Translations under genes and position numbers: made by a program
Source: a virus
Taxonomy: Duplodnaviria > Caudoviricetes
Direction: 5' to 3' (one strand)
DNA: 50,740 nucleotides
IMG/VR virus record: IMGVR_UViG_3300033067_001948
Coordinates: 1-50,740 of that record
The notes under the pieces: model-generated
What the model saw: the letters and a program-made list of their open reading frames with translations, nothing else
What the model was told of the DNA's origin: nothing
Databases searched by the model: none
In this document: positions 18,905 to 29,420 of the stretch, one piece after another
Layout: the number at the start of each line of letters is the position of its first letter
Numbering within the stretch: the stretch's first letter is position 1

Positions 18905-19177
18905 ATGGCAGATTCGAAAGCTGAAGTCGCGCGCTTTGGGCCCCAAGTGCCGGCGCGCAGCGCGGTGGCAGTCACACCGAGCGATTCGACCGACATCGTT
19001 CCCACCCGCGGCTTATACGTGGGCGGATCCGGAGCCGTGAAAGTCATCATGGCCGACGATGTTGCTGCCGGCGCAGTGACGTTTACGGCACTCGCTGCAG
19101 GCATCGTGCATCCGCTGCGCGTCAAGCGCGTGTACTCGACCGGAACGGCGGCGACAGGCATCGTCGCCCTGTATTAA
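18905..19177 (+). CDS. head spike base protein, RcGTA Rcc01079-like
   Basis: AVAVTPSD...TRGLYVGGSGAVKV...HPLRVKRVYSTGTAATGIVAL. Confidence 0.85.
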   Translation: MADSKAEVARFGPQVPARSAVAVTPSDSTDIVPTRGLYVGGSGAVKVIMADDVAAGAVTFTALAAGIVHPLRVKRVYSTGTAATGIVALY

Positions 19178-19181
19178 CGCC

Positions 19182-19463
19182 ATGGCGCAGATCGTTCCAC
19201 TTTCGGGTGAACCGCTCAACGACCGCGCGCGCGAGAAGCGGCGGCGAGGCTTTCACGTTGGGCCGAACGGCCGTTGCACTCGCACTCCGGAGTGGGAGGC
19301 CGAACGCAAGGGACACCTGAAGCGGAAGCGCGGGCTGCTTGAACAACACATGCGGCAGATCGACGCTCAGCTGAATCCGCCGGAAAGCGAGGAGACACCG
19401 TCATGGCTTCGTTCTTTTACAACAGCGCTAAGGCGGAAATTGTCGGCGGCGTTCAGGATCTAG
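19182..19463 (+). CDS. basic hypothetical protein
   Basis: 93 aa, overlaps the next gene by 61 nt. Confidence 0.5.
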   Translation: MAQIVPLSGEPLNDRAREKRRRGFHVGPNGRCTRTPEWEAERKGHLKRKRGLLEQHMRQIDAQLNPPESEETPSWLRSFTTALRRKLSAAFRI

Positions 19464-19834
19464 ATACCAACACTTTCAGGATCATGTTGCTGACGGCGTC
19501 CTACACGCCGAACATCGACAGCCACACGACGCGCGCTGATCTCACGAACGAAGTATCGGGTACGGGTTATACGGCCGGCGGCCAGGCGCTGGCCGGCGTC
19601 TCTCTGAGCGTTGATAACGCAAACGACCGGGCTGTTTGGGACGCAAACGATCCCACTTGGACGACGGCAACGATTACGGGTGCACGGTATGGAGCCGTGT
19701 ACAAGTCGAACGGCGGCGCCGCTTCGGGTGATCCACTGACGCTGCTGATCGACTTTGGTGCGGCCTACTCCTCGGTTGCTGAGGATTTTGTGATTCAACT
19801 GCCGGCTTCGGGGCTGGCGATTGTGACGGATTGA
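19403..19834 (+). CDS. virion structural protein (fibre-associated)
   Basis: DLDTNTFRIMLLTASYTP...EVSGTGYTAGG, a common phage structural family. Confidence 0.75.
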   Translation: MASFFYNSAKAEIVGGVQDLDTNTFRIMLLTASYTPNIDSHTTRADLTNEVSGTGYTAGGQALAGVSLSVDNANDRAVWDANDPTWTTATITGARYGAVYKSNGGAASGDPLTLLIDFGAAYSSVAEDFVIQLPASGLAIVTD

Positions 19835-19851
19835 GGGAAGGGAAGAGGTCT

Positions 19852-20490
19852 ATGTCGAGCATTGTGGTCACAGCGGTCGGCTTGGCGCGTGCGCCGCAGG
19901 CGTGTTCCGCGACACGGGAGAGAGAGCGCCGGCTAAAGCGTCTCGCAGCGTCCACGCTGATGAGACTGCCTGTCCGTGCCGAGCTGCGCGAGCAGTGGCT
20001 GCGAGAAGCATTCATGCGGATTCAATGGCTGTGTCGCATGGCGCCCTTCCGCATCGGCGGCGGTTCGATCGGCGACACCTTCGAAAACGACGTGATGCGG
20101 CTGGTTTTCAACGCAACGGCAATCACGAATATCGCCGACAACGCCGCTTCGAGCCCCCTGACAAACCTTTACGCTTCGCTCCATACGGCTGACCCGGGCG
20201 AGTCCGGAAATCAGACCACGAGCGAAGCTGCGTACACGAGTTATGCCCGTGTGGCTGTGGCGCGAACCACTGGAGGCTGGACGGTAACGAACAATTCCGT
20301 TTCTCCCGTCGCGACGATCGCATTCCCCGCTGGTACTGGCGGATCCGGAACGGCCACTCACTTTGTAGTCGGAACGGCATCCTCGGGCACAGGAAAGATC
20401 CTGTTTAGCGGGACCGTTTCGCCGAACATCGTCATGGGCAACGGTGTCACGCCTCAGCTGAGCACAGCCACTGCGATCACCCTCGACTAG
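19852..20490 (+). CDS. phage fibre-associated protein with N-terminal extension
   Basis: FEND...LYASLHTADPGE...EAAYTSYARVAV; alternative ATG at 20038. Confidence 0.75.
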   Translation: MSSIVVTAVGLARAPQACSATRERERRLKRLAASTLMRLPVRAELREQWLREAFMRIQWLCRMAPFRIGGGSIGDTFENDVMRLVFNATAITNIADNAASSPLTNLYASLHTADPGESGNQTTSEAAYTSYARVAVARTTGGWTVTNNSVSPVATIAFPAGTGGSGTATHFVVGTASSGTGKILFSGTVSPNIVMGNGVTPQLSTATAITLD

Positions 20491-20528
20491 GTTATGGCGA
20501 GCAATATTCGCTATGGAGATTTACCTAC

Positions 20529-20951
20529 ATGGCACTTTTGCTCGTAAGAACAATCGACAATACGCACGCTGATGAATCCCGGGATATCCGGGGAACCTGG
20601 AAAGCCGGGGATATCGTACAGGTGCTGCCCGATACCGCTTTCGACGGCGACACCCAGAAGAACCCGATCGCCGAGGGCTTCGCGCTGATCAAAGTCAATC
20701 GCGCAGAGGCGCTGCTACAGCAGTATGTTGGCCCTGCGAAGATCACGTTGAAGCGGGAAGAGGTCACTATGCGACGGCTGAATGGGCGTATTGTGGCCAC
20801 GCGACAATCAGTGGATGACGTCCAGCCCGTGGTACGGTCCCGCTATTCCATTAGTCTCGATGGGCTTCCAGCGAGCCGGTATGTCGAAATCACGGCAGCG
20901 CAACTGTTGGCGAGGTTAACCGACAAGTCGACGCTCGTGGATATCGAGTAA
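20529..20951 (+). CDS. hypothetical protein
   Basis: GGAG RBS, 140 aa. Confidence 0.65.
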   Translation: MALLLVRTIDNTHADESRDIRGTWKAGDIVQVLPDTAFDGDTQKNPIAEGFALIKVNRAEALLQQYVGPAKITLKREEVTMRRLNGRIVATRQSVDDVQPVVRSRYSISLDGLPASRYVEITAAQLLARLTDKSTLVDIE

Positions 20952-22667
20952 ATGGCCAACATCCGCTATGTAAATCCGGATTCGACCGCCGGCGGTAACG
21001 GCACTACGAACGCCACCACAGGTGCAAACCGCGCCTACGTCTCGTTGTCCGCGTGGGAAGCCGCAAGACAAGCGTCTCTCTCCGATGTAGAGGAGTGCGT
21101 TTGTGAAACAGGTGGCACGGCGGACTCGACTGCCGTTACCATCGACGGCTGGACCACGAGCGCGGCCAACTACATTTACATCCACCCAAGCGCCGGCCAT
21201 CGTCACCCAGGATACTGGGATGCAGCAAAATATCGCCTCACCGCGAACCTGAATTACTGGGAGGACTTCGTTCGCATTGAGGGTGTGCAGTGGCGTACAG
21301 CGTCAGGCACGATAGCTATACAGGGAAACGATACAGGCACAACCACGGCTGATGTCCGAATATACAATTGCGTCTTTGACGCCTGCGCGGGAAGTGGCGC
21401 TTTCGGTTATGTCGTCCGCATGGATCACCGCAAAACGATCATGTTCAACAACGTGTGGAACAATTGCGGGGGCGGTGCCTTAACGACGGTCTACGCTATC
21501 CGGTCCAACAATTCAAACGGTGGAATTTTCTTTTACAACAACACCATTCGTGGCTCCAACTCAAACTTCGACGTAGGTGTTGGTGCGGACAACGGCATCT
21601 GGAGAATCCGGAACGTAGCCGTGTTCAACGTCAATGGAGCTGCATTTATTGGAGGCGGCACCATCACTGCCGACTACCTTGCCTCCTCTGATGCTACGGG
21701 CGACGATCTGGGCGGATCGCATGACAAGATCAGCCAGAGCTTCACAAGCACGTTTGTAAATGCCGGCAGCGGCGATCTACACCTTCAGAGCGGCGACACC
21801 GTTCTGAAAGATGCCGGACAGGATCTGTCGAGCGATCCAGACAGCTATGGCGGATCCATCGGTACACCTCTTTCGCTCGACATTGACGGCGATTCCAGAT
21901 CCGCACCGTGGTCGATCGGAGTTGACGTCGTCGTCGCGACCGCCTCAGTTGGCACGGCGGGCGGAGTAGGAGCAGCTTCGGGCGTTGGCGCATCCATCGC
22001 TTCCGCGGCTGGTTCGGCTTCCGGAGTAGGGGCGGCGTCAGGCGTTGGTAGGTCAACCGCCACAGCGGCAGGGGCCAGCGCGGGCGTTGCTACCGTCTCC
22101 GGCGTTGGTGCCAGTACAGCGGCGGCCGCGGGTTCAGCATCTGGAACCGGCGCAGCGAGCGGCGTAGGTGTAAGCACAGCATCCTCGGCCGGTTCGGCTG
22201 CCGGAATTGGGGCGGCTTCCGGTGTAGGATCGAGCATCGCCGAAGCAACGGGTTCGGCAAGCGGAACAGCGACCGTCACGGGCGTTTCAGACGCCGGCGC
22301 AAGCACCGGAACCGCATCCGGACAAGCGACCGTCATCGGAGTGGGCGCGAGCACTGCTGTTGCCTCTGGTGCGAGCGCAGCAGTATCGACAGCCGCCGCG
22401 ATCGGCGCAGGCACGGCGGTAGCGACCGGAGCAGCTGCGGGAACGGCTTCGGCTTCGGCCGTCGCGACGGCTCGCGTGCAACTGGCCGCCGCATCCCTCA
22501 ATTTGCGGCTGCGCGCTGCCTCTCCAACCGTGGCGGTTGGGGCCACTGTCGCGATCTCGTCGGCGCCGTTCAGATTGCGAGTCCAGACACCTGCGATTCT
22601 TCCGGCGCTGCCCAGTGTGCCCGGGTCTCACAGTTCGCTTTCGATGGGCATCAGCGCCGGGCTCTAA
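20952..22667 (+). CDS. beta-helix fibre/spike protein with Ala/Gly/Ser repeat stalk
   Basis: Asn-ladder motifs (YNC, FNN, YNNT), GDLHLQSGD...DIDGDSR; 20-aa repeats. Confidence 0.75.
   Translation: MANIRYVNPDSTAGGNGTTNATTGANRAYVSLSAWEAARQASLSDVEECVCETGGTADSTAVTIDGWTTSAANYIYIHPSAGHRHPGYWDAAKYRLTANLNYWEDFVRIEGVQWRTASGTIAIQGNDTGTTTADVRIYNCVFDACAGSGAFGYVVRMDHRKTIMFNNVWNNCGGGALTTVYAIRSNNSNGGIFFYNNTIRGSNSNFDVGVGADNGIWRIRNVAVFNVNGAAFIGGGTITADYLASSDATGDDLGGSHDKISQSFTSTFVNAGSGDLHLQSGDTVLKDAGQDLSSDPDSYGGSIGTPLSLDIDGDSRSAPWSIGVDVVVATASVGTAGGVGAASGVGASIASAAGSASGVGAASGVGRSTATAAGASAGVATVSGVGASTAAAAGSASGTGAASGVGVSTASSAGSAAGIGAASGVGSSIAEATGSASGTATVTGVSDAGASTGTASGQATVIGVGASTAVASGASAAVSTAAAIGAGTAVATGAAAGTASASAVATARVQLAAASLNLRLRAASPTVAVGATVAISSAPFRLRVQTPAILPALPSVPGSHSSLSMGISAGL
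21940..22470 (+). repeat. 20-aa (60-nt) degenerate coding repeat
   Basis: SAAGSASGVGAASGVGRSTA-like units. Confidence 0.75.
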
Positions 22668-22686
22668 GCTCGGCAATGAGCAGGGC

Positions 22687-24702
22687 GTGCTGATCGTAAC
22701 GCTCCTCGCTGCCCTTGCCTTTGCTCAGAACACACGCGCGCCTGTCGGTGGACCTGGAAACACACAGCTTCTCCCTCTGAACACGATCGGCGGCTCTGTC
22801 ACAAACCGCGCGGTACGTGTCAATTCGCAGGGCCGCCTGGCCGTCGTCACCGGCACACTGACGGATTGCGTGCTCGTGAATGGATCGAGCGGGCCGTGCG
22901 GATCCGGCAGCGGCGACGTCCCCTCGACGCGAACCATCAGCACGACACTTCCGCTCACTGGCGGCGGAGATCTCAGCGCAAACCGTACAATCTCGATGCC
23001 GGCGGCCGCGACCGGCCAGAGCGGGTATCTCACCTCGACCGATTGGAACACCTTCAATAGCAAGGTAGGAACGGCTCGCACGATCTCCACTAGTGCGCCA
23101 TTGGGCGGCGGCGGCGATCTGTCGAGCGATCGCACCCTCACCTGCAGCACGTGCGAGGTGACCACAAACAAGAACGCAAGCAGCGGCTACGCTGGCCTCA
23201 GCGCGGGCAAGCTGACCGCCAGCGTGGGTCAGGAAGTCTGGAGCGTTGCAGACCTCACCGAGTACACCGGATCATCCGGAAGCGGCGCAACGGCCGTACG
23301 CTCAACGTTTACCAACCTAACGAACGGCGACGTTCTGACCTGGTCCGGCTCGAACTGGGTGAACCAAACCCCTACCGGCGTGTCTACGATTGCGGGACTG
23401 ACTGACACCCGAGTGACCAAAACGGACAATACGCACCTTGCGTATTCCGGCGGTTACGTCCGCTGTGGAGTCACTCCGGTGAGCACGGCCGCGATCGCGT
23501 CCATCACTCTGGCCAGTGGATCGGCCGGCACTGTCCATGTGGGCGTGAATTGCGCGGCATCTGGAGCCATCGTCATTGCGTCTGGCACGCTGAGTATTAC
23601 CGGAAGCGGCTTTACTCCTTCCGCGGACTCCGACCTCTCGAACTACCAGAACATCATTCCAATCGCATCCGTCACCGTAGCGACGAGCGCGTTCGGAACG
23701 CCAGTGAACTATAACTCGATGGTCTCCGGCGGCGGCGTCACTTGCTCAACCGGGCTCACGTGCGACATCGATGCTAACGGCCTGTGGCGCCTGGCTGTGG
23801 ATTCCACAATCGCGCTGCGTACGCTGTCGAACCTGTCGAGCGTTTCCATCAACACGGCGCTGATTCCCCAGACCGGCGTAGATCTCGGTGCGGCGGCAAC
23901 TGCCTTTCGCGACATCTATCTGTACGGGTCTGGCACGTTTGGCTCACACTCCATCAAACTGACCAGCGCACCGACCGGCAATCGCGTTGTCACACTTCCT
24001 AACTTCACGACGACACTTATCGGTACGAGCGGAAGCCTGACAACCAACAACATCGCGAGATTCAACGCAAATGGTGAAGTGATCGACGCCGGCGTCGCGA
24101 TCGGTAACGTTGTGCAGCGCACCAGCACGAACTTCACGGCCACCGAGATTCTGTTAGCCGAGACCAGCTCCGGAATAGGACACTCCGGAATTCTGGTGAG
24201 CGGAGACGACACCTCCGCATCGCGCACCGTTAGCTTCGGCGTCTCCGGAACTGATCCCGTCGTCACCGTCGGCGCGAGTTCGTTCGACATCTCCACAGGC
24301 ACCCTGAAACAGGGCGGAAACCCGGTCGAGACCAAGGCGGCGAACACACAGGTTAAGACCTTCATTATTCCCGGTACCGGCGTAAGCAACGTGCTGCAGG
24401 ATGCAGACGATCAGCAGTCCGTCTGGAACAACCAGCACGGCGGCGCGATCACGATCAGCTCTGTCACTTGCGAGTCGGACGCGGGCACGCCATCGATTCA
24501 ACTGCAGAAGGATGACGGCTCACCGACGAACATGCTCAGCGCGAGTCCTGGCTTTGGTTGCGCGACGACGCCGGCGACAACGACATCGTTCGTGAGCGGA
24601 GAGAACGTGCTGGCCGCGGGCGATCGCCTCGACTTCCTTTCGATCTCTGCAGGCGGATCCGCGCACTGGGTCTCCGTCACGTTCGTTTACACGAGGAACT
24701 AA
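22687..24702 (+). CDS. tail-fibre-like protein with signal peptide
   Basis: MLIVTLLAALAFA-Q leader; two GGGDLS(A/S)(N/D)RT fibre motifs; NGDVLTWSGSNWVN; GTG 10 nt after GGCAA. Confidence 0.75.
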   Translation: MLIVTLLAALAFAQNTRAPVGGPGNTQLLPLNTIGGSVTNRAVRVNSQGRLAVVTGTLTDCVLVNGSSGPCGSGSGDVPSTRTISTTLPLTGGGDLSANRTISMPAAATGQSGYLTSTDWNTFNSKVGTARTISTSAPLGGGGDLSSDRTLTCSTCEVTTNKNASSGYAGLSAGKLTASVGQEVWSVADLTEYTGSSGSGATAVRSTFTNLTNGDVLTWSGSNWVNQTPTGVSTIAGLTDTRVTKTDNTHLAYSGGYVRCGVTPVSTAAIASITLASGSAGTVHVGVNCAASGAIVIASGTLSITGSGFTPSADSDLSNYQNIIPIASVTVATSAFGTPVNYNSMVSGGGVTCSTGLTCDIDANGLWRLAVDSTIALRTLSNLSSVSINTALIPQTGVDLGAAATAFRDIYLYGSGTFGSHSIKLTSAPTGNRVVTLPNFTTTLIGTSGSLTTNNIARFNANGEVIDAGVAIGNVVQRTSTNFTATEILLAETSSGIGHSGILVSGDDTSASRTVSFGVSGTDPVVTVGASSFDISTGTLKQGGNPVETKAANTQVKTFIIPGTGVSNVLQDADDQQSVWNNQHGGAITISSVTCESDAGTPSIQLQKDDGSPTNMLSASPGFGCATTPATTTSFVSGENVLAAGDRLDFLSISAGGSAHWVSVTFVYTRN

Positions 24703-24703
24703 C

Positions 24704-25798
24704 ATGCGTTGGGCGATTCTACTGCTTCTCGCCATGCCGGCGAGCGGTGCCTGGACGAACTGCCGGCAGCTCACCCCGACCACACAGCCAGGCTCCTCAC
24801 TCACGGACTTCACCGCTCTGGTGAGTGACACCTATGCCTGGATGGCAGCCACAGGGAGCGGCGGAGATCTCCAGGACGCGCAAGGCGACGATTTTCGCTT
24901 CTACTCGAGCTCGGATTGTGCGACGGGCGCACTGAAGTACCGCCGGCTGAGCTGGAACAGCTCCACCGGCGCATTCTCGGCGTGGGTCAAGATTCCGACG
25001 TTCGCCAGTGGCACATCCATCTGGATCGGCACGGGTGACAGCGGTGTCACCACCGATGGATCGGACGCGGCGAACACTTGGCCGAGTTCGGTGAAGGTGG
25101 TTTATCAGATGGACGATAACGCCGCAAATACAACGGTTACGGACGATTTGGGTGCGACCAACCTCACCAACCAGGCGAACACCTCCGGAAAAACGACAAG
25201 CGGGCAAATCGGCTCAGCGCTCGTGTTTAACGACACCGGCACGCCAGACTATGCGACCGCGGCCGGCACGGCGATCAACAGCCTCACCACGAACTTCATG
25301 ATCGAAGGCTGGCTCTACCGAACGGGATCGTCCGCAAGCGGCGACTTCTGGCTTGCCAAGGGCCGCGGCGGTGCAAGCGGGTGGGCTCCGTTCACGCAAA
25401 GCGGAACACATCAGTTCGTGAAATTCGGCGTAGCGGCTTTCGATAGCGCCGTGTCCTCTTCCACAAACACCTGGGAGCACATCGTGTGGACGGTCGACGG
25501 AAGCAACGTCGCACGGCTTTACAAAAACGGCTCGCTGGTCTTTACGAGCGGGAACAATTCCGCGATCGGCGCTTCCACCAACGAATTCAATCTGGCGGTG
25601 GCACGCGACGGAACAGGCGCCGTCGACAACTCGACGCTCTGGAAGGGGCGGCTCGATTACATCGTCGTGCGAAACGCATTACCGGCCGTACCGGCGGATT
25701 GGATCGCGGCGGAGTATGCCAACCAGAGCAACCCTTCGGGCTACTGGTCTGTAGGTTCAGCCGGAACGACGAAACGACGGATCATTTTCACCCAATGA
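24704..25798 (+). CDS. DUF2341 + LamG/concanavalin-like protein with signal peptide
   Basis: MRWAILLLLAMPASG leader; GDDFRF...AWVKIP; WEHIVWT...LYKNG...GRLD...DWIAAEYANQ. Confidence 0.8.
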   Translation: MRWAILLLLAMPASGAWTNCRQLTPTTQPGSSLTDFTALVSDTYAWMAATGSGGDLQDAQGDDFRFYSSSDCATGALKYRRLSWNSSTGAFSAWVKIPTFASGTSIWIGTGDSGVTTDGSDAANTWPSSVKVVYQMDDNAANTTVTDDLGATNLTNQANTSGKTTSGQIGSALVFNDTGTPDYATAAGTAINSLTTNFMIEGWLYRTGSSASGDFWLAKGRGGASGWAPFTQSGTHQFVKFGVAAFDSAVSSSTNTWEHIVWTVDGSNVARLYKNGSLVFTSGNNSAIGASTNEFNLAVARDGTGAVDNSTLWKGRLDYIVVRNALPAVPADWIAAEYANQSNPSGYWSVGSAGTTKRRIIFTQ

Positions 25799-28590
25799 AA
25801 GCAGTATTCACTCTTTTACTCGTCGCAAATACGCTCGGGGCCGCCCTGCGCACCGTGTGCGCCTCCGGATGCGATCACCAGACGCTCTCGCAAGCGGTAT
25901 CGGCGCATTCGCCTGGCGACATCATCGAGATGGCATGCGGCGAAGACTTTCTGAACTCTTCGATCACCTGGCCGTGGAAGGACAACCCGCGCGGGCTAAT
26001 CACCACCGTCCGATCGAGCTGTTGGGAGAAGCTCCCGCCGCGGGGCGTGAGAGTGAACCCGACTCAGCATCGCAGCCTGATGCCTCACCTGTATCCGTCG
26101 AATTCGAGCGACGCGATCATTCGGATGGGCGGAAATCAGGCCGTCGTCACAAACGTAAACACAGCCACCAATACGATCACGCTCGATTCGTCCGCCGGCA
26201 TCACCAACGGGGCAGGAATCGCCTGCCGGACGGTCGGATCCATGCCCGGCTCAATGGTGGAGAACCGCGAATATATCATCTCCAGCGCCTCCGGAGCGAG
26301 CTTTGTTCCAACCGAGAACGGCTCTGCGGTCACACTAAACACCGCCGGCAGCGGAATCTATTGCACTCCGACGCGCGTCGCGAGCTACGTCAGATTTCTG
26401 GGGATCAACTTTGAACAGCGCGCCGGGACACCGTTTCTCTATAGCCTGCTTGAAATTGGGACGGGCTACGAAGCGGCCGTGGTGGGCACACCCCGCAACA
26501 TCCACTTCGACCACTGCATCTTCGACTCGCCGGTGAATGAGAGTGGGCCGCGGAATCACATCTTTCTGAACGGCCGATACGTCACGGTCGAGGATAGCTG
26601 GCTCGCCAACGCCAAGCAGAATTCGATTGAGTCTCACGCCATCGTGATGGTGCAGACTCCCGGGCCCGTGCTCATTCGCAACAACTATCTGAACGCCGCC
26701 AGTATCAACATTCTGACCGGCGGAGAAGATACCAAGATCCGCGGACAGATTCCGACGGACATCACGATCGTCAACAACCACTTCCAAAAGAGCGGCTACA
26801 TGCTGTGGATGCAGGGCACGGCGGCGCCAACCGGCTCCTGCCTGAATGGCCGCTACTACATCCGGAAGATCACACAGCCTAATGTGCTGTCCATCACGCA
26901 GACCGGAACTCCCGGCTCGACGGGCTACACGTACCAGGTTGTCGCGATCAATGGCGGAGCTGGATCACCAAAGACCAAGGGATACGACGCCTTCACCGGC
27001 ACCGGAAACGCTACGCTCAACAGCTCGAACTACAACGTCGTAACGTGGGCCGCGGTCACTGGAGCCAGTTCATACGACGTCTATCGCACATTCGGTGGAG
27101 CGAGTCAGGGAAAGATCGCCTCCGTTTCTTCCGGAACGCTCACCTACAACGACCAGGGAGCGGCCGGCGACGGAGTCTCGCCAAGCGATCCCACTTGTGC
27201 CGATGGTGGCTGCTACACCTGCACGGCAAGCGCATGGGCGCTTGATTCGTCAGCTCCCTACAGGTCCGAGACCTACAACGCCAAGGGCTTCTTTGAATCA
27301 AAGAAGTGTCTGCGTTGCTTGCTCGAAGGAAACTGGATGGACACCAGTTTCGCCGATATTGACCCCGGAAACACGGGTTACTGCTTCTTTCTCAGCTCCT
27401 ATCACGACGACACCAACAGGTACGTCACGTATCGAAACAACCACTGCGAAAAGATGTGGACCGGCATAGGTGTGGCCATCTCCTACGATGGCTATCCCCA
27501 TTCGAACTATCAGATTCAAATCGTGAACAACAATCTGCTCGATATGGGGATCAATCCCGACTACACATCGAATGACCCGGCAACTCCGGGGAACCTGTTT
27601 CACCGCAGATCGACGTACTTCGGCACGGCATTCGATGATGTGAGCGTCCGCAACAACACGATCAGGACAGCCGCCGGAATGACTTCAACGGGCGCTATCG
27701 TGTTCAGCAACTTTAGCGGCGGCGCCAACCTCAACTTCGATTTCCGGAACAACATCATTGACCAGGGCGGCGCCGGCATTCTATACGACACCACGGGAAC
27801 GGATGACTGCGCACCCGGCAGCAAGATGGGAGCGTTCATCGACACGCCGACCGGGCGGTTCCGAAACAACGTGCTGTACGGATCCGCCGGCATCTCGCCG
27901 AGCTGCGCCTTCACGAGTCTCGGAACACCCTCGACGGTCGATTTTGTTTCCGCTTCAGACAGCACCCTGCAGACGATCAGCCCGTACTCGCCGGGCTGCG
28001 CGTCCGGCTGCGCGTTTGTCGGTACCGACGGCAGAGCGCCAGGCGTCAACAAGGCACTGAACGACTGGCACACCTCCGGAGCGGTTGCGGGAACCCCGCG
28101 CTGGATGGCTGATTTTGAGGTGGAGGTGGGGAGCGCTAAGGCACTCTTGCGCTACACGGCGCCGACGACGGCGCCCTGTACGGTGGCGCTTTACACCAAC
28201 GCGGGAATGACCATTGAGCACGCCGATACCGACACGTCCGGCAAAAAGCTCGACTCGCGTTCCGGCAGCTATACGGACGGTCTCCGGCGCAATCACGTCC
28301 TCGGCCTCAACACGGCGCTCACACCCGGCGGCAGCACCCTATACGGAATGCTCACATGCGCCTCGCAGACGCGGCCGTTCGAGTTCGTGACGAAGGCCAC
28401 CGGCACCGGCCGCACCGTGCCGATCAGCTATGCGACGAGCCGCAATGGTCAGGTCTGCGACGATGTCGCGATGTCCACCAATTGCACCTCGTTCACGGGC
28501 ACGGCGAAACACAGCGTGGTGATGGGCTTCAACTCGGTGCGCTGGTATCAGGAAGAGGGCGGCCGGAAGCGGGCGCTGATCGAGCCGTAG
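25795..28590 (+). CDS. large pectin-lyase-like beta-helix protein (depolymerase/adhesin) with signal peptide
   Basis: MKAVFTLLLVANTLGA leader; TVCASGCDH...PGDIIE; GPVLIRNNYL, DITIVNNHF, FESKKCLRCLLEGN. Confidence 0.8.
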   Translation: MKAVFTLLLVANTLGAALRTVCASGCDHQTLSQAVSAHSPGDIIEMACGEDFLNSSITWPWKDNPRGLITTVRSSCWEKLPPRGVRVNPTQHRSLMPHLYPSNSSDAIIRMGGNQAVVTNVNTATNTITLDSSAGITNGAGIACRTVGSMPGSMVENREYIISSASGASFVPTENGSAVTLNTAGSGIYCTPTRVASYVRFLGINFEQRAGTPFLYSLLEIGTGYEAAVVGTPRNIHFDHCIFDSPVNESGPRNHIFLNGRYVTVEDSWLANAKQNSIESHAIVMVQTPGPVLIRNNYLNAASINILTGGEDTKIRGQIPTDITIVNNHFQKSGYMLWMQGTAAPTGSCLNGRYYIRKITQPNVLSITQTGTPGSTGYTYQVVAINGGAGSPKTKGYDAFTGTGNATLNSSNYNVVTWAAVTGASSYDVYRTFGGASQGKIASVSSGTLTYNDQGAAGDGVSPSDPTCADGGCYTCTASAWALDSSAPYRSETYNAKGFFESKKCLRCLLEGNWMDTSFADIDPGNTGYCFFLSSYHDDTNRYVTYRNNHCEKMWTGIGVAISYDGYPHSNYQIQIVNNNLLDMGINPDYTSNDPATPGNLFHRRSTYFGTAFDDVSVRNNTIRTAAGMTSTGAIVFSNFSGGANLNFDFRNNIIDQGGAGILYDTTGTDDCAPGSKMGAFIDTPTGRFRNNVLYGSAGISPSCAFTSLGTPSTVDFVSASDSTLQTISPYSPGCASGCAFVGTDGRAPGVNKALNDWHTSGAVAGTPRWMADFEVEVGSAKALLRYTAPTTAPCTVALYTNAGMTIEHADTDTSGKKLDSRSGSYTDGLRRNHVLGLNTALTPGGSTLYGMLTCASQTRPFEFVTKATGTGRTVPISYATSRNGQVCDDVAMSTNCTSFTGTAKHSVVMGFNSVRWYQEEGGRKRALIEP

Positions 28591-28610
28591 CCGGGCAATT
28601 GAACCGCAGA

Positions 28611-29405
28611 ATGAAGTTTTACACCAAGACTCTCGCAATTGCGCTATTCGCTTGCTCGCTGATGGCGCAGGTAACTTTCAATGGCATTCCGGACAACGCT
28701 CGACGGCCTTTCGCGCCGACCGAAGAGTTCCTCAAAAACGAGGTAAAGCAGACGCAGGATGCACTCAGCGTCCGGCTGATCTCTGAAAACGATTACGACA
28801 TGATCGTGCTGGCCAATGGCTACCAGTACGAGCGTGTTTTCAACTACGGACCCGCGGTTCCTTTCAGCTCCGATGGTCGCGTCAAGACATGGTGGAACGG
28901 CGGCCAGGCTTTTGAGGGCGTGTTCGTCGCGCGCAACCCTGATGGTTCGTGGGCGTGTGAGCTGAACCAGGAGACTATCCCGGGTATGCAGTGGGCGACC
29001 CGCGAGCTGTACGACTTTTACAGGCTGCGCAATCGTGATTTCCCGTGCGTCCCGAAGCTGGTAACTCGCATCATTGATGCGAATGAGGCGGGAAGGGCGC
29101 AGTTTGGGAACGGTCCGGCGGCCGATTTCCCACTGGCGAAGATCCTTCGCAATGATCCGACGGCGAACTTTCGCAGCACGTTTCCGCGGAACGTGGGCCT
29201 CCGGATCAACGCTCTCGGCGGGCTCGACTGGTTTCGCCTGGACGCTTACGATCGCGCCTATCCGGTCACCACAACGACAACGATCGGCTCACCTTCGGAG
29301 CGATCGCCAGGCGTGATCATGGCCACCCTTGGAATGCTTTTCAATAACCCGAACCTTTCCGCGGCCGAGAAGTTCGCGCAGATCAAAGCTCTGTTTGTTC
29401 CATAG
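28611..29405 (+). CDS. putative exported protein
   Basis: MKFYTKTLAIALFACSLMA-Q signal peptide. Confidence 0.75.
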   Translation: MKFYTKTLAIALFACSLMAQVTFNGIPDNARRPFAPTEEFLKNEVKQTQDALSVRLISENDYDMIVLANGYQYERVFNYGPAVPFSSDGRVKTWWNGGQAFEGVFVARNPDGSWACELNQETIPGMQWATRELYDFYRLRNRDFPCVPKLVTRIIDANEAGRAQFGNGPAADFPLAKILRNDPTANFRSTFPRNVGLRINALGGLDWFRLDAYDRAYPVTTTTTIGSPSERSPGVIMATLGMLFNNPNLSAAEKFAQIKALFVP

Positions 29406-29420
29406 GGCAACCTACCGGGT

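Noticed and set aside
22676-22689. Possible 1-nt frameshift giving MSRAVLIVTLL
   Set aside because: GTG 22687 lies exactly at GGCAA+10, so no frameshift is needed
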